Source: Candidatus Poribacteria bacterium
Lineage (GTDB): Bacteria > Poribacteria > WGA-4E > WGA-3G
Assembly (NCBI GenBank): GCA_965205015.1
Contig: OZ242029.1
Span: 5,248,001-5,312,000, forward strand
DNA length: 64,000 nt
Direction of reading: 5' to 3'
The translations under genes and the position numbers were made by a program. The notes beneath the pieces were generated by a model. The model did not search any database. It had not been told where the DNA came from and saw only the letters and a list, made by a program, of their open reading frames with translations. This document shows positions 9,976 through 19,606 of the stretch, one piece after another (within the stretch, counting starts at the first letter, position 1; each line of letters opens with the position of its first letter).

Positions 9976-10249
9976 TTTTTAGCCATTGTTTCGCTCAGGA
10001 TAAGATACACTTGTAGACTTGATGCGTTGCGATTGTCCTTAGTGATAAGTTGGCTTTCTTCTTGGTCATCAAAGCGCATAGCCCGCAAGGAATAATTAAA
10101 AATTAGCACAAATCGAAATCAATTTCAAATAAAGTTTAATGAAATATTTCGGTAATCATAGAGGGGTAATTCTCACGCAAAGGGGACATCCAATCACAGC
10201 AAATCGGTAGATCACAGTTCAGACAATTACCCTTGACAACTGACAACTC

Positions 10250-11128
10250 CTAAAGAAATTGCCGGAGATACCTACCACCGAGGGCGAAGCCGTCTAACCC
10301 AGGGGCACCGCGGTCCTCATTTTCAACACACAAAACATAGTCATAACCAGATTCCTGCAGCGCCCCAGTGATCGTTCCCCAATTCAATTGTCCGCGCCCG
10401 GGTACCCGATATTGCCACCACCAGTTCCCGATGATGCCCTGCCGAAACTTCATCTGAGGACTAATTTCGCAATCCTTTACATCGGCGTAATACCACTTGC
10501 CGTTGAACATGCGAATTGCGTCCTCAGCGGGTAGGATACCCATCCAGAGCCAGTGCGACGGATCGCAGGAGAGTCCGAGCGAATCCGACGGAATCGCGTC
10601 AAGGATCCGTTCCCACATTTCAGGATTACAGGCGATGTTGCCCATGCGGACGGCGCAATCCAGCGCAAGCTGCACGCCTTTCTCTTCGGCGAAACGGACG
10701 ACAGGGGTCCACATCTCTTTAAAGCGCCCGACGAGTTCAACCGACCTGTCTCCTGGATTGCCCGGTTCTGAAGAGAACTGCCCATAAAAATGCCAACCCA
10801 CGGGACTGCCAGCGTAGGTGACCACTACAGGGCCTCCGAGGATATGTGTCGCTTCAATGGCTTGCATCAATGTATCGCGCGCATTTTCTCGTGTTTCTGG
10901 ATCATCGTCGAGTAGGTTGCAATGTGCCGTTAAGGCGGCGAGATAGATGCCGTGGGCATCCAAAATTTCCTTGACGGCTTCGCCACCAGATTGTATAATG
11001 GCACTCGGTTCGACAACGCCGGTGGCGTTCGGACGGATGGCGTCAAATCCGTTGGTTTTTGCCCACTCGGCGCATTCGGCAAGGCTCCACCCGCCGTTGC
11101 CTGCGCTCGTGCTGAAACTTAAATCCAT
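10250..11128 (-). CDS. Sugar phosphate isomerase/epimerase (xylose isomerase-like TIM barrel)
   Basis: CDPSHWLWMG, DVKD, YRVPGRGQLNW, VENED; start taken at MDLSF. Confidence 0.8.
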   Translation of the reverse strand: MDLSFSTSAGNGGWSLAECAEWAKTNGFDAIRPNATGVVEPSAIIQSGGEAVKEILDAHGIYLAALTAHCNLLDDDPETRENARDTLMQAIEATHILGGPVVVTYAGSPVGWHFYGQFSSEPGNPGDRSVELVGRFKEMWTPVVRFAEEKGVQLALDCAVRMGNIACNPEMWERILDAIPSDSLGLSCDPSHWLWMGILPAEDAIRMFNGKWYYADVKDCEISPQMKFRQGIIGNWWWQYRVPGRGQLNWGTITGALQESGYDYVLCVENEDRGAPGLDGFALGGRYLRQFL

Positions 11129-11164
11129 AGTCTTTTCCTTTTTTATTCGGAGGCTTTCTACATA

Positions 11165-11842
11165 ATGCAAATTCTATGTGAAGGCAATATTACTGAAAAA
11201 CTGTTTACACTCTATAATCAATTGCTCGCACAACACGGGAACCGTAAATGGTGGCCCGCAGACACTCCGTTTGAAGTGGCACTCGGTGCGATTCTAACAC
11301 AAGCGACTTCATGGCGCAACGTCGAAAAAGCGATGGACAATCTCAAAGATGCCGGGGTTTTTACCCCTGAGGAGATAGCATCTATCAGCCAATCCGCGTT
11401 GGAGCGACTCATCCGACCCTCACGCTACTTTCGGATGAAGGCGCAAAAAGTGCGGGCATTTGTAGATTATATCGCAGATCGTCCCATGCACGTGATGTTT
11501 ACGCAAGATGTCCCTAAGTTGCGTGAAGAACTGCTCTCCATCTACGGTGTCGGTCCCGAAACGGCGGATACAATAATACTCTACGCTGCTGGTAAACCGA
11601 GTTTTGTGGTTGATTCCTATACCTATAGACTCTTTTCGCGGTTGGGATGGGTTGCAGGGAGATATAACTATGACAAACTCCGTGCGCTGTTTATGGACAA
11701 CCTTCCTCACGATGTTGATCTGTTCAACGAATACCATGCGCTGATTGTTGGTCACGGCGCAAGGGTCTGCCACAAGAAGACACCGAACTGTCAGGAGTGT
11801 CGTTTGCAGGCATCGTGTGCATATTATCAATCATCTGAATAG
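11165..11842 (+). CDS. Endonuclease III-like HhH-GPD DNA glycosylase with Fe-S motif
   Basis: WWPADTPFEVALGAILTQ, LLSIYGVGPETAD, VVDSY, CHKKTPNCQECRLQASC. Confidence 0.85.
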   Translation: MQILCEGNITEKLFTLYNQLLAQHGNRKWWPADTPFEVALGAILTQATSWRNVEKAMDNLKDAGVFTPEEIASISQSALERLIRPSRYFRMKAQKVRAFVDYIADRPMHVMFTQDVPKLREELLSIYGVGPETADTIILYAAGKPSFVVDSYTYRLFSRLGWVAGRYNYDKLRALFMDNLPHDVDLFNEYHALIVGHGARVCHKKTPNCQECRLQASCAYYQSSE

Positions 11843-11860
11843 AAATTTTCTGTGTAGACG

Positions 11861-13879
11861 TTACTCGGTAGGTTGCTGAAGTTTTTCAAAGAAATCTGCT
11901 TCTTTCAAAATTGGGATATCCAGTTCTACGGCTTTGGTGTATTTGCTACCGGCACCTTCCCCAGCGATAAGGTAATCCGTCTTACGCGTTACGCTCGATG
12001 TAACCCTGCCACCGCGACGCTTAATCTCGTTCGATGCTTCGCCACGCGTCATACCCGCAAGACTCCCCGTGACAACGAATGTCTTTCCGCGAAAGAAGCC
12101 ATTTGCCACGAGGCGCGCTTCCGTGCGGTGAGAGGCTGCTGCTACGGTGAAACAGTGCAAGCCTGCCGCTCGTAGTTTATCAAGCAACGGTTTATTCTGT
12201 GAGAAGAATTTGAAAACGCTTTTCGCTATCTGTGGACCGATGCCTCTTACCGATTCAATCTCCTCTTGGGATGCCGTGCTGAGCGCATCTAAGGATGGGA
12301 ATTGTTCAATGAGCAGCTCCGCAACAGTCTCGCCGACATGAAGAATACCGAGTCCGAAAAGGAGTTTTTCTGCCGGGACCGCCTTGCTCTGTTCAATCTG
12401 GTAGACAAGGTTGCCTGCGGACGGGACACCCATCCGCTCCAGTTTGCTTAACGGTTTTACCTCCAGTGCATAAAGATCGGCAACGTCGCCGACCAGTTCT
12501 GTATCCACCAGTTGGTCAATAGTCGCAGGACCGAGACCTTCGATTTGGAGGGCATCGCGCGAGGCGTAATGGGCAATACGGCGTTTCAGTTGTGCGACGC
12601 ATGCCACATTCACGCACCGAACCGCAACTTCTTCCTCCGTGCGTTGGACGGGGGTACCGCATGCCGGACACCGCTCCGGAAATTCAAAAGGATCTTCGCG
12701 ATCAGTTTGGTCGGCTGTGAGCACCTCAACAACTTTAGGAATAACATCTCCTGCACGCTCAAGCACAATCCGATCGCCGATACGGATGTCTTTCGTTTGG
12801 ATCTCTTGCGCGTTGTGTAAGGTGGCGTTTGTAATTGTCGCGCCAGCGAGGATTACGGGTTTCAAGATTGCAACCGGTGTTAGGACACCCGTGCGTCCAA
12901 CCTGCACATCTATCTTTTCGATGGTTGTGATGGCTTGCTGCGCGTTGAACTTATAGGCGACTGCCCACCGCGGGTATTTGGAGGTTGTCCCAAGTTCATG
13001 CTGTTGGGAAAAATTGTTAACCTTTACGACGATTCCATCGGTCTCGTAACGGAGTTCATGGCGTTCTTCTACCCAGCGTTCGTAGTAGGCTTGAACGGCT
13101 TCAATCGATTGATGGTAACCAGTGTATGGATTACATTTGAGTCCCCAAGCCTTCATATTTTCGAGGGACTCTGTATGGGTCGTGAATTCGGTTCCCTCGG
13201 CGTAGTTGAGGGTGTACACGAAAATATCTAACGGACGGGATGCCGTTATGGAAGCGTCTAAGAGTCGCAGGGAGCCAGCGGCGGCGTTACGAGGGTTGGC
13301 AAACGGCAATTCGCCTTCTGTTTCCCGTTGGGTGTTAATGTCGTCGAGACAATCCTTGGGAAGGAAAACTTCACCGCGGACTTCTAACAGCGGCGGCACG
13401 GGTGTTTCCGTTTCAACAAGCCGCAATGGAACCGAACGGATGGTTCGTAGGTTGTCGGTTACATCTTCGCCGTACTCGCCGTCTCCGCGCGTGAGACCTT
13501 GTGTGAAGACACCGCTTTCGTAAATTAACGAAACCCCCAACCCGTCGATTTTGAGTTCTGTGACGTATTCGACGGGTGCCCCTTCTAACAACCTGTCAAT
13601 GCGTTCGGCGAATTCCCGCAGCTCGTTCTCGTCGTAACTGTTATTCAGACTCAGCATAGGGCTACGGTGTTGTAGACGGGTGCCTAATACAGCACCACCC
13701 CCAACCCGTTGCGTCGGCGAATCTGGCGGAATAGGTGCTTCAGTCGCTGCTTCGAGTGCCTCAAGTTTCCTCATGAGCGCGTCGAAATCCGCATCAGAAA
13801 TTTTTGGCAGGTTTTCGATATAGTATTTGCGCTCATGATAACGTATCAACGCTCTCAGTTCATCGATCTCTGTTCGCAT
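11861..13879 (-). CDS. ligA: NAD-dependent DNA ligase
   Basis: ELKIDG adenylation motif, TRGDG, NPRNAAAGSLR, Zn finger CPAC...C...C, C-terminal BRCT domain. Confidence 0.97.
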   Translation of the reverse strand: MRTEIDELRALIRYHERKYYIENLPKISDADFDALMRKLEALEAATEAPIPPDSPTQRVGGGAVLGTRLQHRSPMLSLNNSYDENELREFAERIDRLLEGAPVEYVTELKIDGLGVSLIYESGVFTQGLTRGDGEYGEDVTDNLRTIRSVPLRLVETETPVPPLLEVRGEVFLPKDCLDDINTQRETEGELPFANPRNAAAGSLRLLDASITASRPLDIFVYTLNYAEGTEFTTHTESLENMKAWGLKCNPYTGYHQSIEAVQAYYERWVEERHELRYETDGIVVKVNNFSQQHELGTTSKYPRWAVAYKFNAQQAITTIEKIDVQVGRTGVLTPVAILKPVILAGATITNATLHNAQEIQTKDIRIGDRIVLERAGDVIPKVVEVLTADQTDREDPFEFPERCPACGTPVQRTEEEVAVRCVNVACVAQLKRRIAHYASRDALQIEGLGPATIDQLVDTELVGDVADLYALEVKPLSKLERMGVPSAGNLVYQIEQSKAVPAEKLLFGLGILHVGETVAELLIEQFPSLDALSTASQEEIESVRGIGPQIAKSVFKFFSQNKPLLDKLRAAGLHCFTVAAASHRTEARLVANGFFRGKTFVVTGSLAGMTRGEASNEIKRRGGRVTSSVTRKTDYLIAGEGAGSKYTKAVELDIPILKEADFFEKLQQPTE

Positions 13880-13956
13880 AACACCTTATCCAGTTTTAGA
13901 GGGAGCCTCTGAAAATTTTTAGCAACCTGGACCGGTCGCAAATACATCTATTTGCG

Positions 13957-15387
13957 TCACTGTGTATGTGCTGATAAATCGCTTGCGATCGTTAAGCGTC
14001 TCTGACGTGTGAAGGTGCGTGGCCGCGTGAATCCTTCACCTGTCGGTCCCGCGATCGTCATCGCGAGGTAGCCTTCACCTTCTAATCCACAAGACGCGTA
14101 AGAGGGGGCGTTAATGACCGTAACGCTGCAGTCTATTGCCTTTGTGAACTGTGTGATGCGTTTGGTGTTGTTTGTGTGGAGCACGCCGGTGTGTCCACGT
14201 CCACCTTCTGCTCTGACGGCGCCTGCCAATGCCTCGTCGAAGTCGCGGCAACGAACGACGGGCAGAATCGGCATCAGGTATTCGTTAAGGACGAACCCAT
14301 GATCCGCTGGCACTTCAACAACGATCGCGACTGTCTGTGCAGGGGCTGTGATACCGGCGGCGTTTAAAATGGTCAGCGCATCTTTACCGATGTATTCCTT
14401 ATTCGATTCCTCTTTTTCCGTGACAACCGCCTCTAATGCCTGAAGTTGGCTTGCACCGAGGAGATGCCCGCCATTTTGTGTTAACTCCCGAACCGTTTCG
14501 TTTGCTACCGAATCGATAACGAAGAGTGCTTTTTCGCCGATACAGAGCAAATTGTTGTCAAAACTCGTGCCTGCGATGACATGTTTCGCTGCCTGCTGAA
14601 TATCCGCGGTTTCGTCAATAATCGCAGGCGGATTGCCAGGTCCAGCGGCGATCGTCTTTTTCCCACTTGAGAGGGCAGTCCGGACGACGGACGCACCACC
14701 CGTCGCAACGAGCATAGCGATCTCAGGATGCTCCATGATCTCCTTCGCTGTTCGTAGGCTGGCGTTTGCAACCGAGGTGAGCAGGTTGGCGGGACCCCCT
14801 GCCTTGACGATTGCTTCGTTGATAACGTGCATCGTTTCTTCAGTACAATCGCGTGCGTTTGGATGCGGGCTGAACACAACGGCGTTCCCTGCTGACAACA
14901 TTATAATCGCGTGGTTAATCACCGTTGATGTTGGATTCGTGGTAGGGGTAATCGAGTTAATAACGCCAAAAGGGACATATTCGATGAGAAGCGTTCCAGC
15001 ATCCCCCGATACCGCCTCGGAGTGCAGATCCTCCACCCCCGGTGAGAGTGTTACGGCTCCCTCATTCTTCATCACCTTATGGGCGGCGTTCCCCATATTT
15101 GTGTCTTGTACTGCCAAATCCGCGAGACGTTCAGCGTTGGCGAGCGATACCGCTTTGATCGCTTCGATGATCTCGCGTCTTTTCGCGAACCCAAGTTTGA
15201 CGAGTGCCGCTTGTGCTGTTTTTGCCGCTGCGATGGCCTCTGCTACTGTTCCAAAAACGCCGGCTCGCGAGGAGGAACCCGGCGCCGCGGACGTAACAGG
15301 CTGCGTCGCGACTGTTCCGTCTTGTTGGAGTGTCTTTAATACTTGGGATACAATCTCTTCAATCTGTTTTTCGTCAATTTGTGCCAT
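13957..15387 (-). CDS. BMC-associated CoA-acylating aldehyde dehydrogenase (EutE/PduP family)
   Basis: N-terminal encapsulation-like helix IEEIVSQVLKTL; PFGVI, PTTNP, GPGNPP, FDNNLLCIGEK, IAGPTGEG. Confidence 0.9.
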   Translation of the reverse strand: MAQIDEKQIEEIVSQVLKTLQQDGTVATQPVTSAAPGSSSRAGVFGTVAEAIAAAKTAQAALVKLGFAKRREIIEAIKAVSLANAERLADLAVQDTNMGNAAHKVMKNEGAVTLSPGVEDLHSEAVSGDAGTLLIEYVPFGVINSITPTTNPTSTVINHAIIMLSAGNAVVFSPHPNARDCTEETMHVINEAIVKAGGPANLLTSVANASLRTAKEIMEHPEIAMLVATGGASVVRTALSSGKKTIAAGPGNPPAIIDETADIQQAAKHVIAGTSFDNNLLCIGEKALFVIDSVANETVRELTQNGGHLLGASQLQALEAVVTEKEESNKEYIGKDALTILNAAGITAPAQTVAIVVEVPADHGFVLNEYLMPILPVVRCRDFDEALAGAVRAEGGRGHTGVLHTNNTKRITQFTKAIDCSVTVINAPSYASCGLEGEGYLAMTIAGPTGEGFTRPRTFTRQRRLTIASDLSAHTQ

Positions 15388-15539
15388 TCAGCCCTCCAAT
15401 ACCTCATTGCGCAGGCACGCTACGGGAACACGTACGAAAACCACAGATATAGATCCTGTGGCAGTGCAATGTGTTCTCTGCTAAAACGGTGTAGGGCTGA
15501 GGTACGTAAAGTCATCCCTCACCCTACAAGGTCGCCGAT

Positions 15540-15839
15540 TTATTTGCTACTACTCTTGGCGGAAGAATCCCCGCCGAGTATGCCTTCCACATCTGAATGT
15601 GGGCGAGGGATGACGTGCACCGACACTAATTCGCCGACTGCTTTCGCCGCTTCCGCGCCAGCATCTGTCGCGGCTTGCACCGCACCGACGTCCCCACGGA
15701 CCAAAACAGTGACGAAACCGCCACCTACCTGTTCTTTGCCAACCAGCTTGACGTTTGCAGCTTTCACCATGGTGTCAGCAGCTTCGACCGCACCAACGAG
15801 TCCGCGTGTTTCAACCATTCCTAATGCTTCATTGCTCAT
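15540..15839 (-). CDS. Bacterial microcompartment hexamer shell protein (BMC-H, EutM/PduA-like)
   Basis: [24 protein letters not shown]...[14 protein letters not shown]...HVIPRPH. Confidence 0.95.
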   Translation of the reverse strand: MSNEALGMVETRGLVGAVEAADTMVKAANVKLVGKEQVGGGFVTVLVRGDVGAVQAATDAGAEAAKAVGELVSVHVIPRPHSDVEGILGGDSSAKSSSK

Positions 15840-16088
15840 GTAACTAAGCTCCTTATCTGTGAAAAAGTAGAATGCAAGACACCGTGCAGCGCACCCCCGA
15901 TGTCAATGTGCCCATCTCTGTTTGCCAGGGTGCTATAATCTCGGTACACCCGGTGTCCCCTTAATCAAATATGCTCCTTAATAATGATACTACAAAATCC
16001 GCATTTCTGCAAGTCAAATTTTTCATGGAATCAGAATAGATGGCTCGGTTTAATCCTCTGTATTTTTCAATTTTATATTGACTTTTAC

Positions 16089-16117
16089 TTGACTTTTAAT
16101 CGGAAATCTGCTAAAAT
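16089..16117 (+). promoter_or_regulatory. sigma70-type promoter for the citrate-synthase-like/icd unit
   Basis: TTGACT-N17-TAAAAT with extended -10 TG. Confidence 0.65.
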
Positions 16118-16282
16118 ATATTAAAGTATTAACGAGAGTCGATCAGAATTTTTCTAAACGGAATCTGAAGCACTGCAGTGTCCTATCCCGTGAAGGGTGG
16201 TTGCGTGGATTCGGACGAATTAAATTTCGGAGAAACTGAAGACGAAAATTTCTACTAAATAGTCAACGAAGGAGAATTCATT

Positions 16283-17839
16283 TTGAACAAGATTTTGGGG
16301 GCGAAGCAGGTAGCCGCGGTCCGAAAGATCCTGTCTGGTGTACCAGAAGCCTCAACTTATGCTCCAGTAACGGATTCCTTAAACAGAGCGGCAGAGTTGG
16401 GGGAAGATAACATTACAGCCGTGCTTACCAGTTTCAGTTCCATGCCACAATCGACAACCGTTTTCGCGAATCCGGTGCTGCACAAAGTTGCGGTTGACTG
16501 TGCTGGCACCGAGATAACATTGAACATTCGCAGTTTTGCTATTCGGGGTATTGTCTCTGAAAGTGAGATCGTCGCGGGTCAGATCAGTCCCGCCGGGGTC
16601 ATCTTCGCTGGACTCTTCGGTAGAAAACCTGAAACGGATGCAACTGGGCTTGACGAAGAGGCACTGCTGTCGGAATTAATAGATAAGAAATTTTATAACT
16701 TTACCACGACTCGTAGAGAGAGTCTATCAGGTAAACAACGTCTCATCAATCAGGTCGCAGAATTTGTTAAAGCCTTCCCAGCGGCAGGTCCCGAAGCTGC
16801 CATTCAACATTTCTCAACACTCCGTAAACTCAGTCATCCGAATCAGAAAGGGATTAACGGCACACGGCATCCCGGTGCGCTTCTGCTTGAATTGATCGGG
16901 ACGCACATGGAGAATGTCGCAGTCGGGACGGTTTCTGTGTATATGCGCCATCAGCTCCGCGGGAACAATGCGCTGCATCCCCAGGTCCTCGCAATGCGCG
17001 CATCCGATCTCATTGCCGATCATCAGAAGCGTGAGAAAACTGCCTTCCAAACCTGCTACAGTCTCCTTTTAGGGCGAGAAGCCAGCACCGTTGAAGCGAA
17101 TATCTTAGAACGGATGGGGATCATACAGGCACACCACGGTTCCGCGGGTTCCAACGTCGTCGCACGCTATCTTGCTACTTTGCACGCCGGTGCGGTCTCT
17201 GACTTTTTCGTCGCATCGCAGATGACCTTAGATGGCGACCGACACTTCGGCGCAATTCACGACATGACGGCGTTCATCAATCAAATTGAACCGCTTGATA
17301 CCGAAACCCGCGAGGACGCAATCCGTCAACGGATGCTGTCCGCGCTACCGACTTTTGGACATCCCGAAATCGCTGCCGCGGGACGCTCCGATGAAATCCA
17401 ACAGGACCCCAGACCTGCAATCTACTTCAATCCTTTCTTAGAAGCCGTTGACAACGGCGACATTCAACTCAATGATCAGCAGAAAAAACGGTTGGGGATT
17501 ACACAGCGCATTTACCAACTCGCTTTTATTGAAGGTTTTGTCCGCCCGGGACGTGAGAACGAACCGCCCCTCCGTTTAACGCCGAATACCGACTTCGGTG
17601 GATGGGCAGTCCAAGAAGGATTGGACATCTATGAAAGTGACAGAACACTATTGACCTACATCTTCCGTGGTTTCGGTTGGATAATGGATGCCCGCGAACA
17701 ACTCCAGTTGAAGATTATCCGCCCCGTTATCCCACCCCACCCAGATGTCATTCCAGCACCAACTGACGATATGACGATTGCAAACGAAGTGGTCGCATTA
17801 CACAACCGGATGGCAGACACGAACGTCTTTGACGGATAG
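16283..17839 (+). CDS. Divergent citrate-synthase-fold protein
   Basis: HHGSAGSN, RHFGA, PTFGHP, DPR, PNTDF and FRGFGW parallel the CS motifs DH..AST, HGGA, GFGH, DPR, PNVDF and RxxGW; lies upstream of icd. Confidence 0.7.
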   Translation: MNKILGAKQVAAVRKILSGVPEASTYAPVTDSLNRAAELGEDNITAVLTSFSSMPQSTTVFANPVLHKVAVDCAGTEITLNIRSFAIRGIVSESEIVAGQISPAGVIFAGLFGRKPETDATGLDEEALLSELIDKKFYNFTTTRRESLSGKQRLINQVAEFVKAFPAAGPEAAIQHFSTLRKLSHPNQKGINGTRHPGALLLELIGTHMENVAVGTVSVYMRHQLRGNNALHPQVLAMRASDLIADHQKREKTAFQTCYSLLLGREASTVEANILERMGIIQAHHGSAGSNVVARYLATLHAGAVSDFFVASQMTLDGDRHFGAIHDMTAFINQIEPLDTETREDAIRQRMLSALPTFGHPEIAAAGRSDEIQQDPRPAIYFNPFLEAVDNGDIQLNDQQKKRLGITQRIYQLAFIEGFVRPGRENEPPLRLTPNTDFGGWAVQEGLDIYESDRTLLTYIFRGFGWIMDAREQLQLKIIRPVIPPHPDVIPAPTDDMTIANEVVALHNRMADTNVFDG

Positions 17840-17930
17840 TCACTACCGGGCTGTCACGGATCAGCTCGGGTGCCTACACAACCCTTTCAGGCATCCGATG
17901 TTGGTCAATATATCTGCCTTTTGGCGAAGC

Positions 17931-17962
17931 ACTGAAAGCCGACCGCTGACTGCTGATGGCTA
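17931..17962. repeat. Heptamer-type short tandem repeat (CTGAYNG-like)
   Basis: ACTGAAAGCCGACCGCTGACTGCTGATGGCTA; similar arrays at about 23638-23670 and 37858-37889. Confidence 0.5.
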
Positions 17963-17986
17963 TTAACACATTAGAGAGGAACACCA

Positions 17987-19234
17987 GTGATTGAATTTGC
18001 GCAATTAACAGTCCCGACAGAAGGTGAAAGAATTGGGTTCGTCGATGGGCGGCTCGTCGTGCCGAATCAGCCAATTATCCCTGTCATTGAGGGCGATGGT
18101 ATCGGACGAGACATCATGAAGGTGACACGCCGAGTTGTCGACGCGGCTGTCCAGACAGCGTACAACGGTGGAAACCAAATCGTTTGGTTTGATGTCTACG
18201 CCGGTGAAAACGCCATGGCGAAATACAATGAATGGCTCCCGCAGGATACCTTCGACGCGATTGAATACTTCCGTGTTGCCCTGAAGGGACCTCTCACAAC
18301 ACCTGTCGGTGGTGGATTCCGGAGTTTAAACGTGACGCTCCGTCAAGTGCTTGAACTCTACGCATGTGTCCGTCCTGTCCGTTACTTCCAAGGGGTCCCC
18401 GCCCCTGTAACACACCCTGAAAAGATGAACGTCGTTATCTTCCGTGAAAACACTGAGGATGTTTATGCCGGTATTGAATGGGAGCAAGGTACGCCAGAGG
18501 TGAAAAAGGTTATCGAACTCCTCCGCACTGAAATGGGAGTCGACATCCGCGAAGATTCCGGAATCGGTGTGAAACCGATCAGTATTTTCGGCACGAAACG
18601 CTTGGCGCGGATGGCGATCCAGTACGCAATTGACCACGGTAGACGCAGCGTGACCTTTGTTCACAAAGGCAACATCATGAAGTTTACCGAAGGTGCGTTC
18701 TGTGCGTGGGGATATGAGCTCGCCAAAGAGGAATTCGCCGAGCAGACGATTACAGAGGATGAACTCTATGACGATTACAACGGTGAGTGTCCGGAAGGCA
18801 AAATTATCGTCAATGACCGGATCGCCGACAGCATGTTGCAGCAGATTCTGACGCGAACCGATGAATATGATGTGATTGTCACCCCAAATTTGAACGGGGA
18901 CTATCTCTCAGATGCCGCCGCCGCACAAGTTGGTGGTATCGGTATGGCACCCGGTGGTAACCTCAGCGATGAAGTCGCGCTTTTCGAAGCGACGCACGGC
19001 ACCGCACCGAAATATACCGATCAGGATGTCGTCAATCCGGGTTCACTGATCCTCTCTGCGGTCATGATGCTGGAGCATCTCGGTTGGCAAGAAGCCGCCG
19101 ACCTGATTATTTCAGGACTTGAGAAGACCATCCTCCAGAAAAAGGTGACCTACGATCTGGAGCGTCTCATGGAAGGCGCGACGAAGGTCCGCACCTCCGA
19201 GTTCGGCGCATCGATTGTCGAAAACTTCCAATAG
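17987..19234 (+). CDS. icd: NADP-dependent isocitrate dehydrogenase
   Basis: [56 protein letters not shown]. Confidence 0.96.
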   Translation: MIEFAQLTVPTEGERIGFVDGRLVVPNQPIIPVIEGDGIGRDIMKVTRRVVDAAVQTAYNGGNQIVWFDVYAGENAMAKYNEWLPQDTFDAIEYFRVALKGPLTTPVGGGFRSLNVTLRQVLELYACVRPVRYFQGVPAPVTHPEKMNVVIFRENTEDVYAGIEWEQGTPEVKKVIELLRTEMGVDIREDSGIGVKPISIFGTKRLARMAIQYAIDHGRRSVTFVHKGNIMKFTEGAFCAWGYELAKEEFAEQTITEDELYDDYNGECPEGKIIVNDRIADSMLQQILTRTDEYDVIVTPNLNGDYLSDAAAAQVGGIGMAPGGNLSDEVALFEATHGTAPKYTDQDVVNPGSLILSAVMMLEHLGWQEAADLIISGLEKTILQKKVTYDLERLMEGATKVRTSEFGASIVENFQ

Positions 19235-19270
19235 AAGCACTTTCCACTGCACATCACAGAGGAGCAGCAC

Positions 19271-19408
19271 ATGTCCTTAAAAACGAAACTTATTCTGACG
19301 GGCGGTGTATTCGCTGCTATCGGCATCGGAATAGGTCTTGAATTGCATCGGCTTCACAGGCGCATTCTAAAAGAGTTGGTTGCAATCCGCCAGCAAGGCG
19401 AGCGGTAA
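19271..19408 (+). CDS. Small 45-aa single-pass membrane protein (absent from the ORF track)
   Basis: GAGGAG RBS; MSLKTKLILTGGVFAAIGIGIGLELHRLHRRILKELVAIRQQGER*. Confidence 0.55.
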   Translation: MSLKTKLILTGGVFAAIGIGIGLELHRLHRRILKELVAIRQQGER

Positions 19409-19606
19409 TTGATACCGTTTTCAACTGCACCTGTCCTGCAAATTATCCTTCCTAAACTCTTAAGGGCATTCCGTTCTTGAGTCCCAGCGGGACGGCATGT
19501 TTATAGAAACGCATTCAGAAGAGCCATCAAGCCCTGTAAGGGCGGCATTTGGCAGCTCTAATGACAGAAATATTCCTCTTCTGTGCCAGAGAACGAGGTC
19601 TACATC

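Noticed and set aside
14633-15843. Long + strand ORFs (283 aa and 166 aa)
   Set aside because: They are antisense shadows of the aldehyde dehydrogenase and BMC-H genes, with no motifs
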